Shown piece by piece: positions 45,623 through 59,074 of a DNA stretch of 64,000 nt. Source of the DNA: the human T2T-CHM13v2.0 reference genome, Homo sapiens. Both the position numbers and the translations under genes were made by a program. Location of the stretch: NCBI RefSeq assembly GCF_009914755.1, contig NC_060925.1; one strand, 5' to 3'. Every line of letters begins with the position of its first letter. Within the stretch, counting starts at the first letter, position 1. The notes under the pieces were generated by a model, which saw only the letters and a program-made list of their open reading frames with translations, made no database searches and was not told the DNA's origin.

Positions 45623-48600
45623 TTAACTAAACCTGTAATCTCCAAGTAGAAAAGCAGGCAACCACAATTTGTGCAGAGCCCTCTGGTGTGCAGGAGGTAA
45701 CATAGCAAAATAATTCATTTTTCCTTCTGATGCCCCTTGCAGTTCTAGCATCTATAACCATTGTATTTTACTCTGCTCACTTGAGACATTTCTTAGCATC
45801 TGTGTATATCCAGTATTTTCAGAAAACATAGGTTCCCAAGTTATCCGGGAAACATGAAAAAACTTTTTATAGATGTCCTCTCCTGAATAAATCTCATTGT
45901 AGAATTGCTACTTAAGGCAATTTTTTTTTCACAATCTGGAATATTTATCAAAAAGAAAGGAAATGGCTTGCTCAGTGTTAAGCCAAGCACATATTTTAAG
46001 TGTTGTATGATTTGGACAGGACAATAAAAAGGGATATCCGGTAAAAAGGAAGAATAGATAAGAACTATCTGCCAAAACTAAACTTTAAGAGATGTTGTCA
46101 TGTTACCTCTTTTTTTAATACCTTGAACATCTTGGTTACAATTTAATCTTACTATAGCCTGAGAGTTTAAATGCCAATACATGTTTATAGCCCTAGCCCT
46201 GACACTAAGTAGATTTGTGGTCTTCAGAATTCCTTTACAATTCAATACAATACATATATTGATTGTCTAATACATGCCAGGTGCTGTGATGGGCATTGGA
46301 AGTATGAAGATAAATTAAACATGGTTTTGCCCTAAAGGATTTCACTGAGGATCTGGTTAAGTCATCAAGCTTCTTTGAGTGCCACCTTCTCATCTGTAAG
46401 AGTGGGGCACGGAAATAAATATTTCATCTGCTCCAGAAACTTTTATTGAGCACGCTTGTCTTGCCATACACTCTAGGAGATATCAAGGAATGAAAATAGG
46501 ACTGTATCACTATAACAATTCAATTACAAAGCATGCCTAGTCTCTGCCCTTCGAAGAGGTCACAATTATAATACAACATAATAAATGCAAAATGAATATG
46601 AGAAGCAAGTGAAAGGGAGCCACTATTTTTTCTTAAATAAGGGAGGACAGACTCCACAAAAGAATTAACATTAGAGTAAGTCTTAAATGATATTTTCATT
46701 TATGACATGGCATGTTGGGAGCTCCCATCACTAAAAGGGATAAACAAATTTAGAGACTGGGAAAGAAGACTGTGACCAACAAAATCAGCCCCTCGCCCAA
46801 TGGACCTGGCAATTCAAAATCAAGTCAAATGGAGATGGGCAAGACTCAGTGTAATCTTAAGTTTAAAACCAGGGAGAATCTGATTCAAAGGAAAGAGGCG
46901 TCATGTGATTCACGCTTCAGAGCATTTGCTGTTCTTGGTTCTCAAGTACACTAAAACGACTCATTCTAAAGGAGATGATGGAAGTCAGGCACCAGTTTCC
47001 CCAAGGGAAAGGACATATTAGTACTAGGAATGAGTCAGGCCAACAGTCAAGTGCTCAGTTTTTAGGATTTCACTCTGGACCAGTAGGACAGAAACAGGTA
47101 TCTAGGATCAGGATCAAGAGAGAGCAGTACCACATGCTCGCCAGTGTCTAGAAGAAGCTATCTATACACATGTAAAATTACAGATTAATTCAAGTCCTCA
47201 TGTACATGTAGCAAGAGAGCTTTGTACAGCTTGTCACTCCTGAGGGAACATGATCTTGCAAGCCTGGGTATCATGGCAGGAAGCTCAGGCACTGAAGAAG
47301 CAGAGGGAGTTGGTCACAAAGAGAAAGAAGGATGAGAGGACTTTGTAAGTGGAAGCACAACATGCACAAAAGCACAATGGTGCACTTCTACTCTCAAACA
47401 GTCTCCATCTTCCCTTTCTTGCCCTCCAAGTTGCCATATGCAATTGTTTCTCCAATGCCAAAGAGAGAGCCCCATCATGACTCTCCATTTAGTGAGTCTT
47501 CAGTAGTTTGGCAAGAGAAGTAGGATTTGTACACACTGTTTTATGCTGTTCTCATTAAACTAAATTAAATCCCAAACTCTCAATCCCATTGCACAAGGCA
47601 CAAAATAGAGCCAGACCTGCTTTCCTCAGAAAAAAACATCCCTTGACATTCGGACTTTTGAGGACTCTTCAAAAATTTTGGAAGCCTCTGCCTGACTCAG
47701 TGACCACATCTTTTCCCTGTTTCCCAATACAACATCATTCTACTCACTCCTTCATTTCCAAGGGTCCTCTATAAAGGTCTGTCCTACTGTGGCCAGTATG
47801 GAGCACACCTAGTCACAGCTAGTTATTGACCCCTGACGTTCACCCCACCGCTTCTCAGGGTACCCAGGTTTTACTAAGTTACCTGGTGTGCTGCACCAAA
47901 GCCTTCCTCTCTGCCCCACTCCCCCCCTTCCACCAGCCTCCAATCCACTCCTAGACCACAGTGCATTTGAGGGAAATTCAATCCATATGTTTCCTTTTCT
48001 TTCTAGAGAATGCATCCAGCATTGTTTAAAGAGGGAGGCAACAGCGAAGAAGAGCTATGTGAGGCCTCTCTTGGCCCTCCAGTTCTTCATTAGGGAGCAA
48101 AGAAAGGAGGACTTTGCCAAGAGCAAACCTGAAACATTCCTTTGGGTTCAGTTCAATCGCCTGCAAGTCACGTTTCCACACAAACATGTCCCCAGGACTG
48201 AGGATGCAAGGCACTGTTCAAGGCGTCTCTTGGATGAAGACATGGCAAAAGCTACCACCACCATGCAGCTCTGTGATGTATGTGAAGAGAATCCATTTAC
48301 AGGAGATGATTGTACATTATTACCCTCTAAAACTGACATATGCCTCTCTGAGAATATAAACTCCATAATTATGAGCACTCACTTTCAGAGAACCAATGAC
48401 TTTAGATCTGAACCAATGACTTTAGAGTTCAAAAGACCAGAGATATCTGTCAGATGTCTCAATCACATCATTTTAAAATAAGAGAAAGTTTAGGCTAAGA
48501 GAGAGCAAGGGATTTGTCTAAGATCAAGGGGCTGATCAGAGTTTCATGTAGAACCAAGACTTGTGATTCCAAATTCAGCAGCTTTGACCTCTGCTCTTTA

Positions 48601-49026
48601 TGCCCTGGACTTACGCAATACTCAGTGCCTGACACAGATACATTTTCACACTTCAGCCTTTCTGACTTACTCTGAACCAATCCTTTTGAAAGTTTTCTTT
48701 ATTTATCATATCTGCTTTTCTTGCATTTTAAAAATAAACATTGTGGCAGTCAGAGATCCAAGATTCTGTTACTAAAGTACAACTGGAAAATCTTAAATAT
48801 ATCACGTAGAATCTGAGAAATCACTAATAAGAATTATAGTAAAAATTTATGACATCAATATAACAATTTCATTATTTTTAGAAAGCAAGGTCCTTGTGTG
48901 TCTTTTTAAAATATGTTTATCTAACATGCATTCATTTGGCACCTTCTTAAGGTCTTCCAAGTATTCATGTGGAGTGCTAAAGATTTTACAAAAACCAACA
49001 ACATTCATTATCTTCTGCCTTTATGA

Positions 49027-49387
<361 letters not shown>

Positions 49388-50687
49388 TAAACCTCCAAAG
49401 TTTTATAATAAAATATATATATAAAAAAATAATAATAATAAATAAAAATACAAAAAAAAAAAAAAGAAAAAAAAAACCTCAGATGTCAAGGGAGGCCACT
49501 GCTGAGAGAAGCAGATAACAAGGATCCAAGAATGAGGTAGTTGAGAGTAGGAGAATGGAGGAGGATGCTGGAGGTTTTGAAAGTACGTAGGTGACAGAAG
49601 TGAGGGGGAAAAGGTAGAAGCCAGGATTCAAGGAGCCCTGCAGATAATACTGGTTATGGAACATAATGTCATAAAAGACCATGTCTGATCATGGACTTCA
49701 GAATCAAGCCATGGAAGTCCAGATCCCAAATTCCCCAGAACTAGTTAGAGAAGTTAACTTTCAACCATTCACCATTCTAAGCTCCTATCTCTTAATCTAT
49801 AAAATGAGGATAAGCACACATACTTCCAAGGATAAAATGCAATCGCAGCAAATTTAAAGAGACTGACACAAATTGACCAGGTATCATAAAATTCCCTCCT
49901 CTCTATGTAAGACAAAGCCTAGAAAGACGGACTGTTGCTCTGACCTTCTCTAGTCTATTTTGAGACCAGATGACCTTTTCCTCTTGACAAGGGAGTTTTG
50001 GAGATTGGAACCACAAAAGAATCAAATCCCGTGGGCACAAGCTCCATTTGACTCTTACAAAAGGATACATTCCTTCCCTTCTCATCCAGTCAACCTGGTT
50101 TTATTCTTCCTATCCACACCTTACCTTGGGCAAAAGTGAAACAAACCCAGTTATCAAAATGTTCATGGGGTGAGGGTTGGGAAGGGGTGGGGGAACATCA
50201 GTCTCCTAGGGTTCTGGTCTGTTTGCACAGCTGCAGTCAATTAGGTAAAATTGTAATTGTTTTATACTTTTGCTCAATGCTTAATCCTGAAGAAAGAAGA
50301 ATGGATGGTTGGTTTTCCTTTTTCATCTTGTTTTGTTTTTATTTCTTGTCATAATATTTAGATAGTATTTGTGTAAAGGAAGGCAATCATAATGAAATGG
50401 ATAATCAAACAGAGGGCTCTAAGGCACATTTACAAAAGCCATCACCTCAGAAATGCTTCATTTACCCAGACAGTGGGCAGCAGAGGGCATGGGAAAGTCT
50501 GTTTCTATGGACAGGGAAATGATTCATGTCAATCAGCTCGAGAGTCCCTCTTCCAAAACACGTTATATGTAAGACATAGCATAATAAATTGCCCCAATAA
50601 GCAAACAGTCAGGATGCATCACATACCTTGGAGGGGCTGAACCTATGCTAAGGACTGAAGGTGCTAACATGAGTGAGACACCGGCCT

Positions 50688-50842
50688 TAGAGCCAAGATG
50701 AGGGTGAGGTGAGCAAGGCACTTGCCTCCAGAGCAAAATTTTAAGAGATGTCAGCAAGATAAATAAGACTGTAATGCAATATTTTTAAAGAATCAAAATT
50801 AATGCCAAAAAAACCTATGGTGCACAAAATATCAAAACTTTT
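50688..50842 (+). mobile_element. MER96B-like hAT fragment
   Basis: agggtgaggtgagcaaggcacttgcctc...caaaattttaag...aatgcaatattttt...aatcaaaattaatgc. Confidence 0.55.
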
Positions 50843-51610
50843 GTTTGCTTTTACCTTTGATTATTAATTAAATATGCATTTAGACTATGAAAAACTTTAA
50901 GAAAGCCACCAAAAGAGCAAAAAATAACAATGTTAACCTAATTGTAAAAGGAAGCTTACACTGAATGTGGAAAAAAAATTAGTAGCAAAAGCCATATGAA
51001 ACAAAACAATTATGAAAATAACTATTAATGTTTTAAATCTCTCCTTTTTTAATAGAAAACATTTTTGCTAAATATTTTTAATTTTTAAAAATAGACATTT
51101 AGGGATAATAGGTTTGCTTTAAAAAATGAGACTTATATTACCCTCTAAATAGAATCCTTTAATTTGAAATTTGAGAATATTATTGAGAGTCAAAAAGTAT
51201 TCATTTCCTTTTATCTAAAAATCATACTTTAGGAAATCTGTCATAGATATAACCAAAATATAGAAACAGCATCATTTGTAACTTGAAAAATAAATTAAAA
51301 CACCCCCAAATAGTCCATTATCCAATCATTAAAAATGATGTTGATAGAGACCAGGCAATGTTAAAAATAACTACTTAATAAGCATAAATACATATATACC
51401 ACAGTAATGACTACATAAAAATTGCATTTAAAAAGCTAAAAGTAAATACACTATAATTGTAATAATAATTTCATTTTGGTGGTAGAAATCCGGTTTTCCT
51501 TCTTTGTTTCTTTTTTTATTCTTTATTTCCTTTCTTCCTTTTTGTTTTTAGGAATTGTATTATCTATTGTATTTTACATTGTATATTGTATTGAACATTA
51601 TCTATTATAC

Positions 51611-52090
51611 TGTATCACTCAGGGTCCAGGCACGAAACAAACAGGTGGTATACTCAAAGAAATAGCTCAAAAAGTATTTAATTACTGGACTATTTTCAGA
51701 GCTGTGGCAGGGTTAAGGGAAGTAACAAGAGATGACAAAATACACCTGGGGTCTAACAACAGCTGGGAGCTGTGGCTACTCCTAGGTCAGAAGTGGAGAA
51801 AGCAGTTTCTGGAACCAGGAGAGAACTGTAGTTATAGGTGGAAGCTGTCCAATAGGAAGAACCATCACTACAAAAACTGTAGTATGAGATGGGAATAAAT
51901 ATTCCAATCTTTCTCTCCTCTATCCTTCCAGTCTTCTACTAGTGTCTTCCATTGGCTGAACTCAGCTGAACACTACAGGGTAAAGAAGCCCAGATGATGC
52001 TGTCTGTTGAAGTCAGTTTCTTGAAGCACAAAGCAGGTAAGGGGAAAGGTGAAAAGTGGATCTGGAGGAACAAACAGGATATACCCTGCA
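51611..52090. mobile_element. Ancient LTR-like element (same family as 28537-29030)
   Basis: tgtatcactcagggtccagg...gtggcagggttaagggaa...aacaacagctgggagc. Confidence 0.5.
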
Positions 52091-52276
52091 AAATCATTGA
52101 TATTACTATTTCTAAAATAGAAAAAATACACAAATTTAAAAAGTGATGGCATTTGAAACTTACTTCTGTCATCAAATGTGATAAAAATAATTCCCATCTA
52201 ATAAAATTATTGGGTAACCTTGAAAATCAACAATGTCTGTTAACTTTTTGTCCTTATTATTATTATATACATGTTT

Positions 52277-52520
52277 ATGGTGATGATGGTGGTGGAGGTG
52301 ATGGTGTTGGGGTGCTCATGGTGGTAGTGATAATGATGCTGGTGATGGTGATGACGGTATATATAATGGTGATAGTTGTGATGACGGTAGTGGGGGTGGT
52401 GGTAGTGGTGTAATGATGGTGGTGATGCTATACATGTTGGTGATGGTTGTGATGGTGATAATGATGGTGGTGATGGTAATAGCAATAGTGATGGTGATAG
52501 TGGTGTTAGTAGTTGTGTTA
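52277..52520. repeat. (GGT/GAT)n degenerate trinucleotide tract
   Basis: ggtgatgatggtggtgg... over ~240 bp; explains the His-rich and Val/Met-rich pseudo-ORFs. Confidence 0.93.
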
Positions 52521-53029
52521 TTGATGTGCTATTCTTTTACATAAACTTTGAGTTTCATGTGATATCAGATGCTATCTTTAAGTGATATATGTCTCTATTC
52601 AAAGTAATGCCATTAGACACATCCACTTCTCCTATGAGATCAGGGATGATCAGTTGGTAAAACATGGCTCCTTCAGGGCCCATCTCTATGAAAGATCTTT
52701 AATCCATAGAAAAATTTAACTCACCCCAGGGTACATTCACTGAATAACTACTATGTGAGGACTTCAGAATGAATGGAAGTGCCTATCTTCATAGATAGGA
52801 TTTGCGGCCTGAGAACAAGGACAGGAGTCAAACATACAATACTATAAACACGGCATCCTACACTGTGATTATCTTCCTCACAGAGTGCCTAGCACATATA
52901 ACCTTGACAAGTATTTATTTAAGAAATGCATGAAGGCTGTAAGAATTATTATAGAAGTCCAAATCAACTTGATTTTATAGAGAAGATGATATTGAACACT
53001 TAACTAATCTAACTACTTCACATCCTTTA

Positions 53030-53265
53030 ACTCAGTAAGTATTCTCAAAAGTTCTATGAAATAGACATAAATATTATTCCCACTTTACAGATATGGCAAC
53101 TGAGACAATGATTAAGCAAATACCTCTAAGTTGTATAGCTAGCAAGTGAATAACTTGGAATTCACCTCCACCACCATCATCACCATGAACATGTATATAA
53201 TAATTATAATAATAATGACAATCTCCAGGTAATCCCAGTTCTAGAGCATGGGCTTTTACACTTAA
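53030..53265 (-). mobile_element. MIR carrying a ~60-bp foreign insert
   Basis: attattcccactttacagatatggcaactgagaca...ttaagcaaatacctctaag...agctagcaagtg. Confidence 0.75.
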
Positions 53266-53421
53266 TTTCCTCCAAGAAGGCTTTATGGTGGAGGAGGTGG
53301 AATTAGAACTGAGCCTAGAGGAATGGGTAGTAACACAAAAACCCTGGGGAAGGCCATTCAAGGGCAAGGAAACAGCAATAAGCAAAGGCCCACAGAAAAA
53401 CCATGGAAGTAGTTTGAATGA

Positions 53422-53860
<439 letters not shown>

Positions 53861-55108
53861 AATTACCTTATGTTCTTTCGGGTCTTTGATGGATGTTCTG
53901 TTTGCTTCAGAGGGACTCCTATCCTGGATTACCTTCAAGGTGAGCAAATAATGGTGGGGGCGAGGGGGGTGGTGCGGGGAGGACACAACTCTTCAGATTT
54001 GATGCTGTTTTGTCACAAACCTGATCAGTGATCTCAGCAATCAAGATGCAGAAATGAGTCATAGCGATAGCACTGTTCTGTACATGGGAGGCAGTGTCGT
54101 TGTGGGCAAAGGAAGTCTTGCACTAGGGAGCAAGAAGGACCAACATGGGAGGGCCCTCTCAAGCCCAGGTGGGAATTCAGCCCAGAGGCCTGGTGCAGCT
54201 TCACAGGAGAGCACAGCGGGGCTGCAGCGCAGGCCAAGTCTGGGAAATCTCTCTGCAGTTTCCTGTTCCCCAGCTGTATTTTATTGGCCAAGCCCACCTG
54301 CCCCAGCCCTCCCCTTTTCTAATACACCAAAAGTCACAGCAGCACCTCTGATTGTTTCTGCTACATTAAAACTGGCTGGAAAATGTGAAAATTCCCTCTA
54401 TCTCAGGAGAGCAAGATGAATGAGTACAGGGAAGTTATTTTTAAATCTCCTCAAAATAAAAACAATGTCAGAGGTGGTCAGGAGAATGAAAGAAAAGTAA
54501 ATAAATAAATATCCCAGGCAAGGAAAGGCATGAGAAGAAAATACTATGTGTTTTTATTTGGCTTGGTTTCTTTCAAATAAAAATGTTGTTTGGCCAATAT
54601 TCTGAGTGAGAATTTCTTTTTTGGCAGTGAGTTGGCTGTGTTGAGGCTCTCTTTGCAGATCACCAGAGCACTTCAAACCCGGCACAGGATGTGAAGTGTG
54701 GTTACCTGCATTAAGCCTCACTGTCAGCCTAGGCCAGGCATGTGGTTTGAATTCCTCCCCAACTTTCCTTGACTAGTCCATTTATCTTCTTTGACAGGTA
54801 GTCCTGAGACTCTGTTCTAGCTCAGCCAAGTTGTTTCACTGTATGCTTGCCTCAGTTTCCTTGTATATAAAATGGGGCTACAATGGCTTGCGCAGCAGCC
54901 CTCTCCAAAGTGAAGGAAGCAGACCTCCCCTAGAGGGTGGGAGGCCAGAGAGTGCAGGGATGGACAACTTACAGGTGCATGGGCAGGAGGTGGGCATTTT
55001 CAGATGGAGCGTTTTAGGTGCTCATAGATGGGCCAATTAGCACCTTCCAGTTACTGCTAGGTGAGGGAAAGGTGAGAATAAAAGGATATTCACAACCTAT
55101 AAAAATAC

Positions 55109-55391
55109 AGGCCGGGCACGGTGGCTCACGCCTGTAATCCTAGCACTTTAGGAGGCCAAGGCAGGTGGATCACTGGAGGTCAGGAGTTTGAGACCAGCCT
55201 GGCCAATATGGTGAAACCCCATTTCTACTAAAAATACAAAAATTAGCCGGGCATGGTGGTGGGCACCTGTAGTTCCAGATACCCAGGAAGCTGAGGCAAA
55301 AGAATCGCTTGAATCCAGAAAGTGGAGGTTCCAGTGACCCAAGATCATGCCATTGCACTCCTGCCTGGGCAACAGAGTAAAACTCTGTCCA
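55109..55391 (+). mobile_element. AluSx whose tail is replaced by an AT microsatellite (~55392-55500)
   Basis: Dimeric Alu followed by (TA)n/(TATGA)n. Confidence 0.93.
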
Positions 55392-55624
55392 TATACAAAA
55401 AGTATATATATATATGATATATATATATGATATATATATATCATATATATATGATATATGTGTGATATATATGATATATATATTCATATATGACCTATCT
55501 ATAGGAGAAAAAAACAAAAACTAAATATATATTTTAATTACCTTTACTAGGGAGAAACACACTAAATACAAATAAGGGGCCCATTCAATAGTAGTGGTGT
55601 GATAGTCATGCTTGAAGAATTTTA

Positions 55625-56680
55625 TTTTTATCCATTCCTTTATTTAATTTTTTAATAAATACTTAGTAAATGTCTCCTGTACTCTCAGGCACTAACTTAG
55701 TACTATATATATATGTATGTGTATATACATACATATATATATATATGGAAAAAAAAACAATGACTGATGCATCTCTCTCCCAATGGGTCTTACATTCCAG
55801 GGGAGAAGAGAGACTTTAAGCAAAAATAAATAGATAAGTAAATAAAAATTCTGATAGATACTATAAAGAAAAAAATAAACTCCTCTGAAGAAAATCTCAG
55901 GGGTCCACTTGTGATTGTGGCATTTGAGCTAAGATCTGAAGATAGCAGGAGCTAGCTATGTGAACAGTGGGACAGAGAACATTCTAGGCAGAAGAAATGT
56001 GATGTACAAATGCACTTGACAAAGAAGATGCCAATGCATTTGGAGGTCAGGGAGCCGAGGTCCAAGATAGAGCTGGATAGGCAGGAAGGAACCAGATCAT
56101 GCAGGGATCTGTAGGGGATGTTAAGATCTGTGGATTTCATTTTAGCTGTAATGGGGATTTGCAGAAGAGTTTTAAGCAGGGAAAAAAGAGAAAGTTTTAG
56201 GAGAGTGAAAATAGTGGGGCCAGCCAGGAGCTCTCTGAAGAGACGTGAGGTTGACGTGAACTAAATGGCCACAGTGGAAAGAGTTGGAGGCTCCAAGTTG
56301 TATTTAGGGGTAAAATGCAAAGGACCTGATGACTCATTGCATGAGTAGTAGCAAGGTTGAGAAGGTGGTAGGACAAGCTCCCAGAGTCCCAGTTTGAGCA
56401 CTTGCATGGAAGAATGGTATTTACTGTGAATCAGTAAGCTGCTTTGAGGAGCTCACAGTCCAACCTTCAGAAAAGACTATTTGCCATGCAGATGCATATG
56501 TGCCATGCTTGAGGAATATGCAAAGCATTACATGAGTAGAAAGGAAGGAGACTATGAACCAGCATGCAGTTAGAAGAGGAGGCATCATACAAGGGGCACC
56601 CCTGGAGCTGTCACCTGAAAGACAGAGAGTGTTTAACAGATGGAAGGTAGAAGGTAAGTCTTTCAGGAAGAGGAAGAGCA
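55625..56680 (-). mobile_element. L2 fragments
   Basis: aataaatacttagtaaatgtctcctgt; ggcatttgagctaagatctgaaga; ccagatcatgcagggatctgtagg. Confidence 0.7.
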
Positions 56681-56707
56681 TTTAAAAAATATATAAGTAA
56701 AATTCCT

Positions 56708-57007
<300 letters not shown>

Positions 57008-58489
57008 ATAAGTAAAATTCCCAATCTTACAGAACTTTTGAGATAATTTATGTGGAAGTACCTAAAACCATGTCTTGGATTTCATTGATGACGCTTACAC
57101 CACTGTCACCAACCTGTCCAACAACAAAGGTTGTATGTGTAAATCTCATTCCTCTCCAGCCAAAGGGAGAATAAAATTCAAATAGACATCCCTGCCTCTT
57201 CCTTCCAAACCTAAGATATGTATATGAAATGATCAACATTTGCTCACCTGCAGGGCTGTTGACTGAAGCTTACAAAAAAGGAATTGATTTGTAAGTCTGG
57301 ATGGTTTTATGTTTTGCATTTTAAAATTTTATTTCTTTATGTTTTAAAGTTAAGGTCATTTTTTAAATTCCTGCTCTCTCCATTTGTCTCTGTACATCCC
57401 TTGGTAACTTGCACAGGGCCTAGCACAAGGAGGTGTTCAACAAATATAACTAACAAATATGAGTCAGTAGAGCACATATAGGGGTCTCTGTCTCCTATTT
57501 TCCAGGCACTGTATTAGGTCAGGGTGTGCAGAGATAATTAAAGCAAGGTTTCTCTTCTCAAGGTCACAGACATAAATCTAAAGAAAAATATATGCATATA
57601 CTTATATGCAGTGTGATAAATATGTGGAAATAAATATATATAGTCTCTCTTCCACTCCTTGACAAAATTCAGAAGTTAAAAGAATACAGCCAAACCAAAA
57701 TATTTTTAAATTTATAAGCATTTGCAGGCTTGAAATCTCCAAAGCAAAGACTTGAGGGTACAAAAATCAGACTAAAGTGCAGTGAGTGGAATTCCTTGAA
57801 GTTACCCATAAATATTCGTCAAGCCTTTCTCCAGTCCTATACCTACTCATAAATCCCCGTTTCATTTCAAGAACTTTTACATTTGATCAACGATGTGGAG
57901 TGATGTTTAAACCAGGCCATTTGGAATATTCAATTTTCATACATAGTTTTAAGATTTTAATTTCCACTCTGCATGCCAGCTCAGATTTTCCCTGTCCTGA
58001 AATAAATCAGGATTTTCAAGACATGAAAGCAGGCTCCAAGTACAGAAGGGCTTTCTAAACGTTCAGCCTGGTTGCACTGCTCAGTCAAGTCATACTCACA
58101 AACAACTTACCTCTCACCTCATCTCAGCCCCGGGGGATGGATGGAAAACTGGCAGCAAAGCTGGTAAGAGAAAAATACCCAGCACTCAAGATCAATATGT
58201 CAAAAAGAGGTGAGAGCCATTCATCAAAGGAGAGAGGGACAAACCCAAAGATGTTCTGAAACATTTACCCAACCAATCTGAAACCAATTGGCCCCTCCAC
58301 TTAATCTCCTCTTTCCACATCTTGCCAGTGGCCACAGAGATATGAAGGCACAGCTAGCTCCTAGCAATACAATGCATGATGTATACAGGATATTGCTAAT
58401 ATATCATAGAATCAGAGCATGCTAGAACTGAACGGGTCTTTAAGGCTCATTTAGCCAACTGCCTGGTATAGAGAGGAAGCACTGGGGAA

Positions 58490-58720
58490 GCAGAAAGAGC
58501 CCTGGACTTGAGGTCAGACCAGAACAGGTTTCTAGACTCCACTCTGTTATTTTCAAGCTGCATGATCTTAGGGATGTCACTTTAACCTTTCTGAAAATTA
58601 TATTCCTCATCTGTCAAAAGGGAAAAAAGTTTTATTCATAGGGATTCTTATATGATAATATAAGAAAATGCACCTTGGAAATTGCACTGAACATATACAT
58701 GGGTGAGAAAATATTATTAT
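58490..58720 (+). mobile_element. MIR
   Basis: agagccctggacttgaggtcagac...gctgcatgatcttagg...ttcctcatctgtcaaa. Confidence 0.7.
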
Positions 58721-59039
58721 TGTAAAGAACCCAATAAATGCTACTTGAATCCAATCAATAGTAGTGTAAATACTTTCTTACCTGAACCTTCACCTAATGA
58801 TCTGATAGAATATCCAATAGCTTCCATTCATTTTGTAAAAAATTTAAAGTTATGCCTACAGAATAGAGGGTGTCTAGTGCTGTTGGGTTAGTGTTCAGCA
58901 TGCCAGAATCTTATCTCCCAGCAGTACAGTGATATGCTAAGCAAAAGTCAGTTGTATTTGTCCTCATTGTCCTCTGTTGTATTTTTTAATGTAATAAGAT
59001 TGAATGAAATATCATGTAAGCTAATAAAATGTGAGTTTT

Positions 59040-59074
59040 TACACTTGATCTTAGCCAAAAGGCTGAGAAACGAT
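59040..59074 (-). pseudogene. U2 snRNA 5' fragment (nt ~1-35), tailless retropseudogene
   Basis: Reverse complement atcgtttctcagccttttggctaagatcaagtgta matches U2 ATCGCTTCTCGGCCTTTTGGCTAAGATCAAGTGTA at 33/35; diverged TSD. Confidence 0.93.

Noticed and set aside
52153-52485. His-rich and Val/Met-rich ORFs
   Set aside because: Translations of the (GGT/GAT)n low-complexity tract.
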